From assembly GCA_041571435.1 (NCBI GenBank), contig JBFFUI010000016.1, positions 1 to 41,297 on the forward strand: a stretch of DNA of 41,297 bases. The letters run 5' to 3'. Below the pieces are notes generated by a model. The model searched no databases, was not told the DNA's origin, and saw only the letters and a list, made by a program, of their open reading frames with translations. Shown here piece after piece: positions 8,264 to 17,374 of this stretch. Position 1 is the first letter of the stretch; each line of letters begins with the position of its first letter. The position numbers and the translations under genes were made by a program. The DNA comes from Sulfurimonadaceae bacterium (GTDB lineage Bacteria; Campylobacterota; Campylobacteria; Campylobacterales; Sulfurimonadaceae).

Positions 8264-9001
8264 ATGACATTACCTTCTATCACATTACCGATACAAGTCC
8301 CTGAGGCAGTGCCACTGTTATTGCACCCGGCCATTGTCCACTTTGCCATTGTCTTGCCACTGGTGATACTGTTCATTGAGCTGATCAATCTGTTTACCAA
8401 ACGTAAAGCACTAAGTATCTCGATCTATGCACTGTTTGTGCTGTTGATGGTCATTTACGTCGCTGCTTACATCACTGGTGTGACAGACGGAAGAGAGGCG
8501 GGAGCGCTCTTGAATGATGAAGGGGCGGCAGATCTAAAATCCCATAAGTTACTGGGAACCTATCTGATCTACTTTGCATTGCTGCCGATCATATTGAAGA
8601 TAGTGAGCTTTTTTGTCGACAAAGGGTGGAGCCGCGCGCTCTATTCGTTAGCCTTGATTCTCTTGATCGCTTTGACATTTTATCAGGGCAATAAGGGTGG
8701 AAAACTGGTCTATAAACATGGCGCAAATGTCGCTTCACAACAAGCGCTGGAAGAACGCCTCGAAGAGCTGACGTTTGAACTTGAGGATTACAAAGAGCTA
8801 CTCGCCGACAGTAACGAAGACAATGTCAGTGCTGCCGATACAAATGTTACAGTGCATGATAGTAACGCGACACTGGCAGGTGCCACAGACATAGAGAACA
8901 ACGGTACAAAAGCTGCATCGACCGAGAATAATGTTACGACGGTTCGTGTAAAAAATGATGACAACAGTATAAAAAAGAGTGATATTAATAGTTCAAAATA
9001 G
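8264..9001 (+). CDS. DUF2231-like membrane protein with an acidic, Asn-rich C-terminal tail
   Basis: HPAIVHFAIVL, four TM helices, H...G and GNKGGKLVYKHG, then a coiled coil and a low-complexity tail. TATAAT at 8229-8234. Confidence 0.8.
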   Translation: MTLPSITLPIQVPEAVPLLLHPAIVHFAIVLPLVILFIELINLFTKRKALSISIYALFVLLMVIYVAAYITGVTDGREAGALLNDEGAADLKSHKLLGTYLIYFALLPIILKIVSFFVDKGWSRALYSLALILLIALTFYQGNKGGKLVYKHGANVASQQALEERLEELTFELEDYKELLADSNEDNVSAADTNVTVHDSNATLAGATDIENNGTKAASTENNVTTVRVKNDDNSIKKSDINSSK

Positions 9002-9025
9002 AAGTGTTTTATTTGAAGAAAGAAG

Positions 9026-9103
9026 TGGTCGGGGCGAAAGGACTCGAACCTTCGACCCCCTGGTCCCAAACCAGGTACTCTAACCATACTGAGCTACGCC
9101 CCG
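9026..9103 (-). tRNA. tRNA-Pro (anticodon UGG)
   Basis: Minus strand CGGGGCGTAGCTCAG...CCTGG TT TGG GA CCAGG...GGTTCGAGTCC...CGCCCCGACCA with encoded CCA; TATAAT at 9116-9121. Confidence 0.97.
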
Positions 9104-9192
9104 ACAACAAGCGGCATTATACTGACCGCATCATAAAATAGAGTTGAAACGGCGTAAAATTATCTAGGATTGTCTTCTAAAAACAGACTGAA

Positions 9193-9227
9193 CTTGATTG
9201 ACATAGACTCAACCTTTTTGATATAAT
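9193..9227 (+). promoter_or_regulatory. HAIR-like HspR operator overlapping a sigma70 promoter
   Basis: CTTGATT-N7-ACTCAAC (9193-9213; HAIR consensus CTTGAGT-N7-ACTCAAG), with TTGACA at 9198-9203, an 18-nt spacer and TGaTATAAT at 9219-9227. Confidence 0.85.
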
Positions 9228-9266
9228 AATAAATAATATATTTTTAACAATTTAGAGGAAGCATTG

Positions 9267-10160
9267 ATGAGTAAAAGCCTGTATGAGACATTGGGTGTCA
9301 GTGACAACGCGACGGAAGCGGAGATCAAAAAATCATACCGTAAGCTGGCACGTCAATATCACCCTGATGTGAATAAAGACCCAGGGGCAGAAGAGAAGTT
9401 CAAAGAGATCAACGCCGCGTACGAGGTCTTGAGCGATAAAACGAAAAAAGCGCAATATGATATGCACGGTGACCAGATGTTCGGCGGTCAGAACTTCCAT
9501 GACTTTGCGCGCGGGCAGGGCGGCGGTGCCGATCTGGACGAGATCCTGCGTCAGATGTTTGGCCAAGGCGGCGGTTTCGGCGGTTTCGGCGGCCAGGGCG
9601 GCGGATTTGGCGGCGGCGGTTTCGGCGGCTTCGGCGGCGGTCAACAGCAGCAGATGAACCTGGATATCGAAGCCAATGTCACTGTACCGTTTGCGACAGC
9701 GATCCTGGGCGGAAAACACAACGTTTCTGTACAGGGTGAGAGCTTTGACATTAAAATCCCGGCCGGCATTAAAGACGGGGAAAAGATGCGTGTCAAAGGG
9801 AAGGGTCAGAGCATGCACGGGCAGCGCGGCAACCTGATCTTGAACATCAAGATCGCATCGACTCCTGAGTATGAGCGTGACGGCGACAATCTCATCAAGA
9901 CATTTGATGTACCGCTTCATGCCGCACTGTTTGGTGACAAAATCAGCATCGACACCTTGGAAAAAGAGATTAATTTGAAAGTGCCTCAGAACACCAAGAA
10001 CGGTCAGCGTTTCCGTGTCAAAGAGATGGGTGCGATGAACCGCAAGACCCAAAAAAAAGGTGATCTTTACCTCAAAGCAAACATCGTCTTGCCGAATGTT
10101 GACGAACTTGATGATGAACTTGTAGCGATGATGAAAGAGAAGCTGCCAAAAACAGATTAA
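9267..10160 (+). CDS. cbpA: Class B J-domain co-chaperone (CbpA/DnaJ without zinc finger)
   Basis: J domain with HPD, a G/F-rich linker and a DnaJ C-terminal domain, but no CxxCxGxG repeats. Adjacent to hspR. ATG 9267 is preferred over TTG 9264. Confidence 0.9.
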   Translation: MSKSLYETLGVSDNATEAEIKKSYRKLARQYHPDVNKDPGAEEKFKEINAAYEVLSDKTKKAQYDMHGDQMFGGQNFHDFARGQGGGADLDEILRQMFGQGGGFGGFGGQGGGFGGGGFGGFGGGQQQQMNLDIEANVTVPFATAILGGKHNVSVQGESFDIKIPAGIKDGEKMRVKGKGQSMHGQRGNLILNIKIASTPEYERDGDNLIKTFDVPLHAALFGDKISIDTLEKEINLKVPQNTKNGQRFRVKEMGAMNRKTQKKGDLYLKANIVLPNVDELDDELVAMMKEKLPKTD

Positions 10161-10170
10161 GGAGCCAAAA

Positions 10171-10551
10171 ATGATGCATACCTATGACGAACCGGTCTAC
10201 CTCATTAGTATTGTGGCAAAGATCCTGGATATTCATCCGCAGACCTTGCGCCAGTACGAACGAGAGAACCTGGTAACACCGTCGCGTTCGGATGGACGGA
10301 TCCGCCTCTATTCCCAACGTGACATCGATCGTATCAAGATGATCCTGCGACTGACACGCGAACTGGGTGTCAACCTGGCCGGGGTGGATGTCGCACTCCG
10401 TTTGAAAGAGCAGATGGAAGAGATGGAAAAAGAGATCGCTGATCTCCGTCATGCACTGGCAGTGGCCAAAAACAAGGGGTCGGTCGCACCTGAAAAATCA
10501 CTTGTAACAAAACGCAGCCAATACGACCTGATCATATTCACCGACAAATAA
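10171..10551 (+). CDS. hspR: Heat-shock transcriptional repressor, MerR family
   Basis: YDEPVYLISIVAKILDIHPQTLRQYER...RLYSQRD...LTRELGVNLAGV. Confidence 0.95.
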   Translation: MMHTYDEPVYLISIVAKILDIHPQTLRQYERENLVTPSRSDGRIRLYSQRDIDRIKMILRLTRELGVNLAGVDVALRLKEQMEEMEKEIADLRHALAVAKNKGSVAPEKSLVTKRSQYDLIIFTDK

Positions 10552-10697
10552 ACTGAAGACTCCGGCTTCAATATTATTTGAAACAAAGTGTACCGCTCAA
10601 CGCACTGCGGTGTGACTTCGGCTCCAGATCCGACATAACAGACATCAATTCGAGATTTTTTTACTTTTGTGTTGTTATTACTGAAGCTGCAATGGAA

Positions 10698-11351
10698 CTA
10701 TTTGCGGGTGTTCAGCCTTGAAAAATACTCTTGCGGGTGTTTACAGACTGGGCATGATTTAGGCGGTTTCTTTCCACGATGGACATGACCGCAGACCTCA
10801 CAGATCCACTCCTCCTCAGTATCTTCACTAAGCTGCTCTTCACCGCCTTCAAGGCGTGCCAACAGGGCTTTGTACATCTTCTCATGTTCGACTTCGACAT
10901 TGCCGATCGCTTTGAAAAGACGGGCGGCCTCTGTATTGCCTTCTGCCTCGGCAGCGACTGCAAACTCCGGGTACATCGTCAGGTTTTCATAGCTTTCGCC
11001 GCCAATAGCGATCTTTAGGTTTTCGATAGTATCACCGAAAGGTTCACCGTTGGCAAGGACGTTGTGCAGAGCAAGCTGCAGTTTGGCGTGGGTCTTCTCG
11101 TTGTCTGCCGCACGCTGAAAATGGGCAGCAATATCACGCAGTCCCTCTTTTAGCGCCACTTTGGCAAAGTATTCATATTTGTTACGCGCCATAGACTCAC
11201 CGGCAAAGGCTTTGAGCAGGTTGACCATGGTCAAGCTCTCCGTGATCATCTCCATCTCCTGACCACAGCATGAGAGTGTCCCACCGCCCACAGCGGATAT
11301 CTCTACGATAGTGCCGCACTCGTTACATCGATAGCTTTCATGTTGTCTCAT
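10698..11351 (-). CDS. rrc: Desulforubrerythrin (desulforedoxin domain + rubrerythrin di-iron domain + rubredoxin-like domain)
   Basis: YRCNECG...SCCGQEM; AFAGESMA..Y, EKTH, GESYE, EVEH; C-terminal WICEVCG...CPVC. RBS AGGAG precedes ATG 11351. Confidence 0.88.
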   Translation of the reverse strand: MRQHESYRCNECGTIVEISAVGGGTLSCCGQEMEMITESLTMVNLLKAFAGESMARNKYEYFAKVALKEGLRDIAAHFQRAADNEKTHAKLQLALHNVLANGEPFGDTIENLKIAIGGESYENLTMYPEFAVAAEAEGNTEAARLFKAIGNVEVEHEKMYKALLARLEGGEEQLSEDTEEEWICEVCGHVHRGKKPPKSCPVCKHPQEYFSRLNTRK

Positions 11352-11381
11352 TTCAGATGCTCCTGATATATATGATAAATC

Positions 11382-11423
11382 AGTATAGGGCAATGCGGCT
11401 TAAACAATAATCTTTATTGTTTA
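11382..11423 (-). promoter_or_regulatory. Fur/PerR-like inverted repeat upstream of a TATACT -10 for the rubrerythrin gene
   Basis: Perfect TAAACAATAA-TCT-TTATTGTTTA at 11401-11423; -10 TATACT at 11382-11387 on the minus strand. Confidence 0.65.
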
Positions 11424-11498
11424 TCTATAAAAATCATATTTGTCAGGCAAAAGTAGAGCGGAAAGAGTGTTGTGTTTAATAGGATGCAGCGGCCTGCG

Positions 11499-12764
11499 TT
11501 ATTCGCGCAGGCGTTCGATCTTGGCCCCGAGGTCGCCAAGTTTTTTTTCAAGGTTCTCATAGCCCCGGTCGAGATGATAGATACGGTGGACCTGGGTAAC
11601 GCCATCTGCGATATTGGCAGCAATGACCATGGCACTGGATGCACGAAGGTCCGTTGCCATGACATCAGTACCGGAGAGTTCTGAGGGACCGATGACGGTT
11701 GCCGTATGGCCGTTGAGTTTGATGTCGGCACCGAGGCGTTGAAGCTCACTGACATGCATAAAACGGTTCTCAAAAAGGCGTTCTTCGATCGTAGAAGTCC
11801 CTTTTGCCTGCGTTGCAAGCGCCATGAACTGCGCCTGCATGTCGGTCGGAAAAGCCGGGTACTCCTGAGTAACGATGTTGACAGGTTTTATTGTCTCTGT
11901 CGGGTGTATGGTCATTGTACTCACGCCGATGTCGAGCGTAAAGCCCATCTCTTCCAGTTTGCCGGTAACGGCTTCCAGGTGGTCTGGGCGAACATTTTCC
12001 AGGGTCACTGTCGAGTTGCTGATACCTGCTGCACAGAGGTAGGTTCCTGCTTCGATACGGTCAGGGATGACGTCAAAAGAGACGATGTCGATCAGTTTGC
12101 CGTTTGTCCCTTCGATCGTGAGTTCAGCTGTACCGATCCCTTTAATAGCGACACCGCTGTCACGGAGAATTTCACACAGCTGTACCACTTCAGGCTCGCG
12201 CGCGGCATTGGTGATGCTGGTTGTTCCCTTGGCAAGCGCTGCAGCCATTACGATGTTTGCTGTTCCGGTCACGGTGATCTTGTCGAAGATGATATGCGCG
12301 CCCTGCAGACCCTTCGGTGCTTCGGCCTGGACATAGCCGGCATGGATCGTGATCTTTGCACCCATCTGTTCCAGGGCTTTAAGGTGAAGGTCAATAGGAC
12401 GCTGACCGATGGCACAACCTCCCGGAAGAGAGACCTCACAGTGACCAAAGCGTGACAGTAGCGGACCGAGTACCAAGATGGAGGCGCGCATCGTTTTGAC
12501 AATGTCGTAGGTAGCGATGGTGTTGGTCAGACAGCAGGTGTTGATCTCGACCGTATTTTCGTCCGTAAAAGAGAAGGTCCCGCCAAGGTTCTCGATGAGT
12601 TTCAGCAAGGTCTTGATATCGACAACAGCGGGCATATTGCCGATCTTGACAGTGTTGTTGGCAAGGAGTGTCATAGCAATGATCGGCAAAGCGGCATTCT
12701 TCGCGCCTGAGATCTTTACAGTGCCTTGCAGTTTGGCCGGGCCGGTGATTTCTAAGTAGTCCAT
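11499..12764 (-). CDS. murA: UDP-N-acetylglucosamine 1-carboxyvinyltransferase
   Basis: [56 protein letters not shown]. Confidence 0.98.
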   Translation of the reverse strand: MDYLEITGPAKLQGTVKISGAKNAALPIIAMTLLANNTVKIGNMPAVVDIKTLLKLIENLGGTFSFTDENTVEINTCCLTNTIATYDIVKTMRASILVLGPLLSRFGHCEVSLPGGCAIGQRPIDLHLKALEQMGAKITIHAGYVQAEAPKGLQGAHIIFDKITVTGTANIVMAAALAKGTTSITNAAREPEVVQLCEILRDSGVAIKGIGTAELTIEGTNGKLIDIVSFDVIPDRIEAGTYLCAAGISNSTVTLENVRPDHLEAVTGKLEEMGFTLDIGVSTMTIHPTETIKPVNIVTQEYPAFPTDMQAQFMALATQAKGTSTIEERLFENRFMHVSELQRLGADIKLNGHTATVIGPSELSGTDVMATDLRASSAMVIAANIADGVTQVHRIYHLDRGYENLEKKLGDLGAKIERLRE

Positions 12765-12897
12765 CTTGCTCTCTTATGTTGATGTGCGAAGTATAAATCA
12801 CAATTGGTTTATCGGAGGTAAAACATCACGTAATAGATATAATATTTTTATATATTAAGTGTATAATAATGCTAATTGATAGAGCAAAAGGATCGTT

Positions 12898-13329
12898 GTG
12901 AGCTCAGCATTAGAGAGACTAAAAGAACTGACATCCAAGATATCAAGTTACGAACTGGCTCGCAAAGAGAACCTGCGCACGCTTGAAGCACTTTTCAACA
13001 CCCTGGAGCTCGGCGAGAAAGTCGGCCCCTTTTATGATGTTTTTGACTTTAAGGCGATCAACCTCTCTGGTATCTCCCTGGCCGAAGAGGATATCGGCAT
13101 GATCAAAGAGGGCAAATACCTTCAGATCATCGGTATCAAGTACGATAGAGAAGCAAAGGTCAAAAATAAAAATATCTCGCTTGCTTATTACGGGCGTGTC
13201 GAAAAAGTCGATGCCGATCTTCGTAATATGATCGTCAAGTTTATCATCGCCTGGCGTTTTGAGAAGAGTTTCCGTACTCTGGAGCACTACTACACTATGT
13301 TGGACAAATTGCCCAAGGCCGAAGACTAA
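12898..13329 (+). CDS. Hypothetical protein (143 aa)
   Basis: GTG start with RBS AAGGA; first gene of a tightly packed four-gene run; no recognised motif. Confidence 0.75.
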   Translation: MSSALERLKELTSKISSYELARKENLRTLEALFNTLELGEKVGPFYDVFDFKAINLSGISLAEEDIGMIKEGKYLQIIGIKYDREAKVKNKNISLAYYGRVEKVDADLRNMIVKFIIAWRFEKSFRTLEHYYTMLDKLPKAED

Positions 13330-13332
13330 AGA

Positions 13333-14031
13333 ATGCAGCTCTACCTTGATCTTGAGACGACAGGGCTTGAAGAGCCAGACCGTATCTGCTCAGCCGGTCT
13401 AATTATAGATAATGACGGGCATACGCTGACAGAAGAGGTACTTGTAAAGCCCCCTCGCAAGATCAGGCCCGAAGCGATGGCAGTACATCACATTACTAAC
13501 GAGATGGTGAAGGAGGCCCCCGCCTTTGATGCCACAAACATCGCAGCTCTTTTGAGAGAGTATAACAGCAGTGAGAACATTCTGGTGGCGCACAACATCA
13601 GTTTTGAGCTCGCGATGTTGGCAAAAGAGGGCTTCGTCTGGAAAGGGGGCGTCATTGACACTTTGAAGTGTTCACGCCACCTTATTGACGAGATCGACCG
13701 TTTTGCACTCCAGTACCTGCGTTACGAGCTCGGTCTCTACCGCAGTGAGGTGAAAGAGGCAAAGGCACTGGGGCTGGAACTCAAAGCGCACAGCGCACTC
13801 AGCGATGCTTTTCATGTCCGGCTTTTGCACCGCTATCTCAATGAGATGGCGGACGATGAGAGACTCATGGCGCTCACCACCGAACCGGTGCTGATCAGGA
13901 AGTTCGCGTTCGGCAAGTACAAAGACCACTACCTCGAAGAGGTGGCGATGAACGATGCCGGTTACCTTTGCTGGATGCTGGAGCAGAGTATCGATGAAGA
14001 CCTTGAATACAGTATAAAACACTATTTGTAA
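13333..14031 (+). CDS. DEDDh 3'-5' exonuclease, ExoX-like
   Basis: LDLETTGL, AVHHIT, VAHN, HSALSD, and a C-terminal FGKYK...YLCWM module. Confidence 0.88.
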   Translation: MQLYLDLETTGLEEPDRICSAGLIIDNDGHTLTEEVLVKPPRKIRPEAMAVHHITNEMVKEAPAFDATNIAALLREYNSSENILVAHNISFELAMLAKEGFVWKGGVIDTLKCSRHLIDEIDRFALQYLRYELGLYRSEVKEAKALGLELKAHSALSDAFHVRLLHRYLNEMADDERLMALTTEPVLIRKFAFGKYKDHYLEEVAMNDAGYLCWMLEQSIDEDLEYSIKHYL

Positions 14032-14043
14032 GGATAATAATTT

Positions 14044-14634
14044 ATGGCAAAACCCATCACAAAAAAAATCATCTCTGGAAAGTATAAAGGCAAGACGCTC
14101 AATCTTCCGTCCATGACAACGACACGCAGTTCCAAGAGCATCGTACTGGAGTCGTTTTTCAACACAATACAATTTGAGATCATCGATGCCAACTTCGTGG
14201 AGCTCTTTTCCGGCAGCGGCTCGATCGGTCTGGAAGCACTGAGCCGCGGTGCCAAACAGATCTTCTTTATGGAAAAGGACCGCAACGCGCTGAAGGTGCT
14301 TGAGGAGAACATCAAGCAGACAGATCCGAATGCCTGCGAGATCTACAGAGGCGATACCTTTGAAAACATCGGTGCTGTGGTTAAGCGTCTCAATAATATG
14401 AACGAAGATGCCTATTTCTACATCGATCCGCCGTTCTCGATCCGCGAAGGGCATGAAGCGATCTATACCAAGATGATCGATCTTATTGAAAAGCTGCCTG
14501 AGGAGGTCGTGAAATTGATCATCATCGAGCATATGACGGGCTTGGATCTGCCGGATACAATCGGACCTTTTTCAAAAATGAAGTCGAAGAAGTTCGGCAA
14601 GACCTCGTTAGCCTATTATTCAAATGAAGATTAA
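14044..14634 (+). CDS. rsmD: 16S rRNA m2G966 methyltransferase
   Basis: IISGKYKG, ELFSGSGSIGLEALSRGA, YIDPPF, KKFGKT. Confidence 0.93.
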   Translation: MAKPITKKIISGKYKGKTLNLPSMTTTRSSKSIVLESFFNTIQFEIIDANFVELFSGSGSIGLEALSRGAKQIFFMEKDRNALKVLEENIKQTDPNACEIYRGDTFENIGAVVKRLNNMNEDAYFYIDPPFSIREGHEAIYTKMIDLIEKLPEEVVKLIIIEHMTGLDLPDTIGPFSKMKSKKFGKTSLAYYSNED

Positions 14635-14640
14635 AAGGTT

Positions 14641-15453
14641 TTGACTTTGCCCCGTTTGCCCTATCTGAGTGTTATCACGCTCTCGCTTCTTTTTATCTTT
14701 GTCTTTTTGGGGCAGTTCGTCTATGGGCAAAGCCCTTTTGCGCTCCATAAAGAGGCGATCCTTGTTCCCCCGTCTTCACTCTTTCCCCTCGGTACGGACC
14801 GTCTTGGACGTGATCTTCTGGCACGTCTGATCGAAGGGGGAAAGGTCTCGCTGATCATCGGGATAGGCAGTGCCTTTATCGCTTCGTTCGTCGGTTTGAT
14901 GCTCGGTGCGACGGCAGGCTATTTCCGAGGAAAGATCGACAAAGGATTTGTGGTCATGGTCGACCTCTTTTTGACTTTTCCGACCTTCTTTCTGCTCTTG
15001 GCACTGGTCAGTTATATCAACGCGTCCGTCTGGGTACTTATTCTTATCATCTCGGTGACGGGATGGATGACGACGGCGAGGCTGATCCGTTCCGAGAGCT
15101 TTGCCATCACCTCGCAGCCCTTTATCAAAATACTCAACATCGCCGAGGTGAGTAGGACAAAGATACTTCTAAAATACTATGCACCGCTGTTGGCACCTAT
15201 CTTTTTTGTGAGCTTCACCTTTGGGGTCGGGGGTGCCATCCTGTCAGAGTCGGGGCTGAGCTACCTCGGGCTAGGCATTGTGGCGCCGCAGATGAGCTGG
15301 GGGACCATCCTCAGTAACGGCAAAGAGGTACTGGACATCGCCTGGTGGGTCAGCTTCTTCCCGGGTCTGATGATCTTTTTGGTCACCTTTTCGCTGATGA
15401 ACATCGCCAACTATCTGCAGCAGTTAAATAGCAGCAAGGATATTCAAAACTAA
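14641..15453 (+). CDS. ABC transporter permease, DppC/OppC family
   Basis: PLGTDRLGRDLLARL, ARLIRSE, ESGLSYLGLG, SWGTIL, WWVSFFPG. Confidence 0.9.
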   Translation: MTLPRLPYLSVITLSLLFIFVFLGQFVYGQSPFALHKEAILVPPSSLFPLGTDRLGRDLLARLIEGGKVSLIIGIGSAFIASFVGLMLGATAGYFRGKIDKGFVVMVDLFLTFPTFFLLLALVSYINASVWVLILIISVTGWMTTARLIRSESFAITSQPFIKILNIAEVSRTKILLKYYAPLLAPIFFVSFTFGVGGAILSESGLSYLGLGIVAPQMSWGTILSNGKEVLDIAWWVSFFPGLMIFLVTFSLMNIANYLQQLNSSKDIQN

Positions 15454-15511
15454 AGAGGTTCTTGATGAAGGTGCACACTTTTGCGCGACACCTGTTTGAA
15501 AAGGAGTGTGC

Positions 15512-16240
15512 TTACTCTAAGTGGGATGTCGCTTCGGCTATCGGGTCATGGATCTTCCAGCCGAAGATCTTGCGGTACATGACCCCCTGTGCAATCAGGA
15601 TCAAAGGGATGGTCCAGATGAGTCCGATGCCTATCGGTATGGCACTGAGCACTGCCAGCAGTCCAAGTACGAAGTTGACCCCGAAGATGGTGAACCAGCG
15701 TTTTGTCACGGCTTGTCGGGAGACCTCCATAGCAGCCCAGATGCCGAGTTTTTTGTCGACCATCAATGGGAGTGTAAAACTGTAGGCGACTGCCAGGTAG
15801 ATACCCGGCAGGATCAGCAGTAGCATACCGATATATACAAAGGTTGTAATCAGTATGGAGGCAAAAACAAGAGGCCATACCAGCACGTAGTAGTTGAAGA
15901 TACTCTGGATCTCCAGTTCCTCATCGTTGGCACGCTGATAGCCCAGCAGTAAAGAGCCCACATAAAGCGGAATGGTAACCGGCGATGCCAGCCACCCAAG
16001 CACAATATTCGCAGCAAACTCTTTGGCATATTCTCCCGTCTCTTGATACTGTGTCGGATCGATAAACAGGCTGAATATCTGCGTGATAATAGTAGCGATG
16101 ACAACATAGATCAGCATCGCGCCGACGATGACAAGTTTGGCCCCACTGACGCGTTCCCACGCCTCCGAGATGATCTCACCGATAGTAAAGGCGTATTTGC
16201 CGTTAACCGCTTTTTCCAATGAACCCTGATCTTGAACCAT
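15512..16240 (-). CDS. Integral membrane protein of unknown function (DUF975-like)
   Basis: About six hydrophobic segments with LLILPGIYL and AAMEVSR patterns; RBS GAGGG favours ATG 16240. Confidence 0.75.
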   Translation of the reverse strand: MVQDQGSLEKAVNGKYAFTIGEIISEAWERVSGAKLVIVGAMLIYVVIATIITQIFSLFIDPTQYQETGEYAKEFAANIVLGWLASPVTIPLYVGSLLLGYQRANDEELEIQSIFNYYVLVWPLVFASILITTFVYIGMLLLILPGIYLAVAYSFTLPLMVDKKLGIWAAMEVSRQAVTKRWFTIFGVNFVLGLLAVLSAIPIGIGLIWTIPLILIAQGVMYRKIFGWKIHDPIAEATSHLE

Positions 16241-16290
16241 TTTTCCCTCATTTGTGCTAGAATTGTCTAATACTATCATAAGCGAACATA

Positions 16291-17334
16291 ATGGAACAAG
16301 CTAAATCTACCGGAAATGTCATTGTCGTACTGGCGGCAATTGTAATTATATTGGGCGCGCTGAAACTGGCCGCTGCTATTGTGGTCCCTTTTCTGCTGGC
16401 CGCTTTTATTGCGACGATCATTGCACCACTATACAGCTGGCTGTTACGAAAAAAGGTCCCTACCGTTTTGGCACTGTTGGCGGTTGTCGGCGGTCTGCTG
16501 GTGATCTTCAGTCTCTTGGGCGTTCTGGTCGGCAGTTCGGTACAGAGTTTTAGTGCCAATATGCCTCTCTATGAGGCCAAACTGGAGTCACAGCTGAGCT
16601 GGATGACAACGATGTTGAGCGATTACGGTCTGATCAAAGGGGACTTGAGTTCGATGTTTAACCCGGCACGGTTGATGCAGTACTCAGCTACGGTCTTAAA
16701 AGGGGCGGGCTCGGTGCTGACCAACAGCTTCGTGATCTTTCTGATCCTTATGTTCTTGCTTTTAGAGTCGACGCAGTTCGCCAGAAAACTGGATATTGCC
16801 GATGGTGAAAAAGAGACGATGAAGCATGTCAATGAGGTGCTGACAAAGATAAAACGCTATATGGCACTCAAGGCTGTTATCTCTCTGGCAACGGGTGTGA
16901 TCGTGACGATCGTCTTGATGATGATCGGTCTGGACTATGCGGTGCTTTGGGGGCTTGTTGCATTTTTATTTAACTTCATTCCGAATATCGGTTCGATCAT
17001 CGCTGCCGTTCCGGCGGTACTTCTTGCATTAGTGCAGTTGGGAACGTTCGGGGCTTTTGAAGTGGGGATTGTCTATTTGATAATCAACATTCTTATCGGC
17101 TCTATCATCGAACCGAGGATCATGGGACAGGGACTTGGGATCTCCACGCTGGTCGTCTTTTTGTCGTTGATCTTCTGGGGATGGCTTTTCGGACCGATAG
17201 GTATGCTGCTCTCCATCCCGCTTACCATTATGATAAAGATCATTTTACACACCAATGAGACCACGCGTTGGCTGGCGATCCTGATCGGCAACAACGAAGG
17301 TGTCAGAGAGACTAAAAACCTGAACGACGCCTAA
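16291..17334 (+). CDS. AI-2E family transporter
   Basis: VPFLLAAFIA, FLFNFIPNIGSIIA, IEPRIMGQGLGIS, FWGWLFGPIGMLLSIPLT. Confidence 0.92.
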   Translation: MEQAKSTGNVIVVLAAIVIILGALKLAAAIVVPFLLAAFIATIIAPLYSWLLRKKVPTVLALLAVVGGLLVIFSLLGVLVGSSVQSFSANMPLYEAKLESQLSWMTTMLSDYGLIKGDLSSMFNPARLMQYSATVLKGAGSVLTNSFVIFLILMFLLLESTQFARKLDIADGEKETMKHVNEVLTKIKRYMALKAVISLATGVIVTIVLMMIGLDYAVLWGLVAFLFNFIPNIGSIIAAVPAVLLALVQLGTFGAFEVGIVYLIINILIGSIIEPRIMGQGLGISTLVVFLSLIFWGWLFGPIGMLLSIPLTIMIKIILHTNETTRWLAILIGNNEGVRETKNLNDA

Positions 17335-17374
17335 CGGTATAGACGCCTGCATCGGTCATCTTGCGAGAGAGGGA

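Noticed and set aside
9026-9103. tRNA-Pro as an island integration site
   Set aside because: No integrase and no duplicated tRNA 3' end noticed; flanks are ordinary genes.
9560-9645. GGCGGCGGTTTC-type tandem repeats
   Set aside because: They encode the normal G/F-rich linker of the J-domain protein; not CRISPR or a contingency locus.
10552-10697. Possible sRNA between convergent hspR and rubrerythrin genes
   Set aside because: Only short, weak hairpins consistent with termination; no promoter or known RNA motif recognised.
13672-14532. 286-aa minus-strand ORF, and similar long antisense ORFs at 1975-2517, 2887-3459, 9333-10052 and 11706-12455
   Set aside because: Entirely opposite well-supported genes, with no motifs; typical codon-bias shadows.
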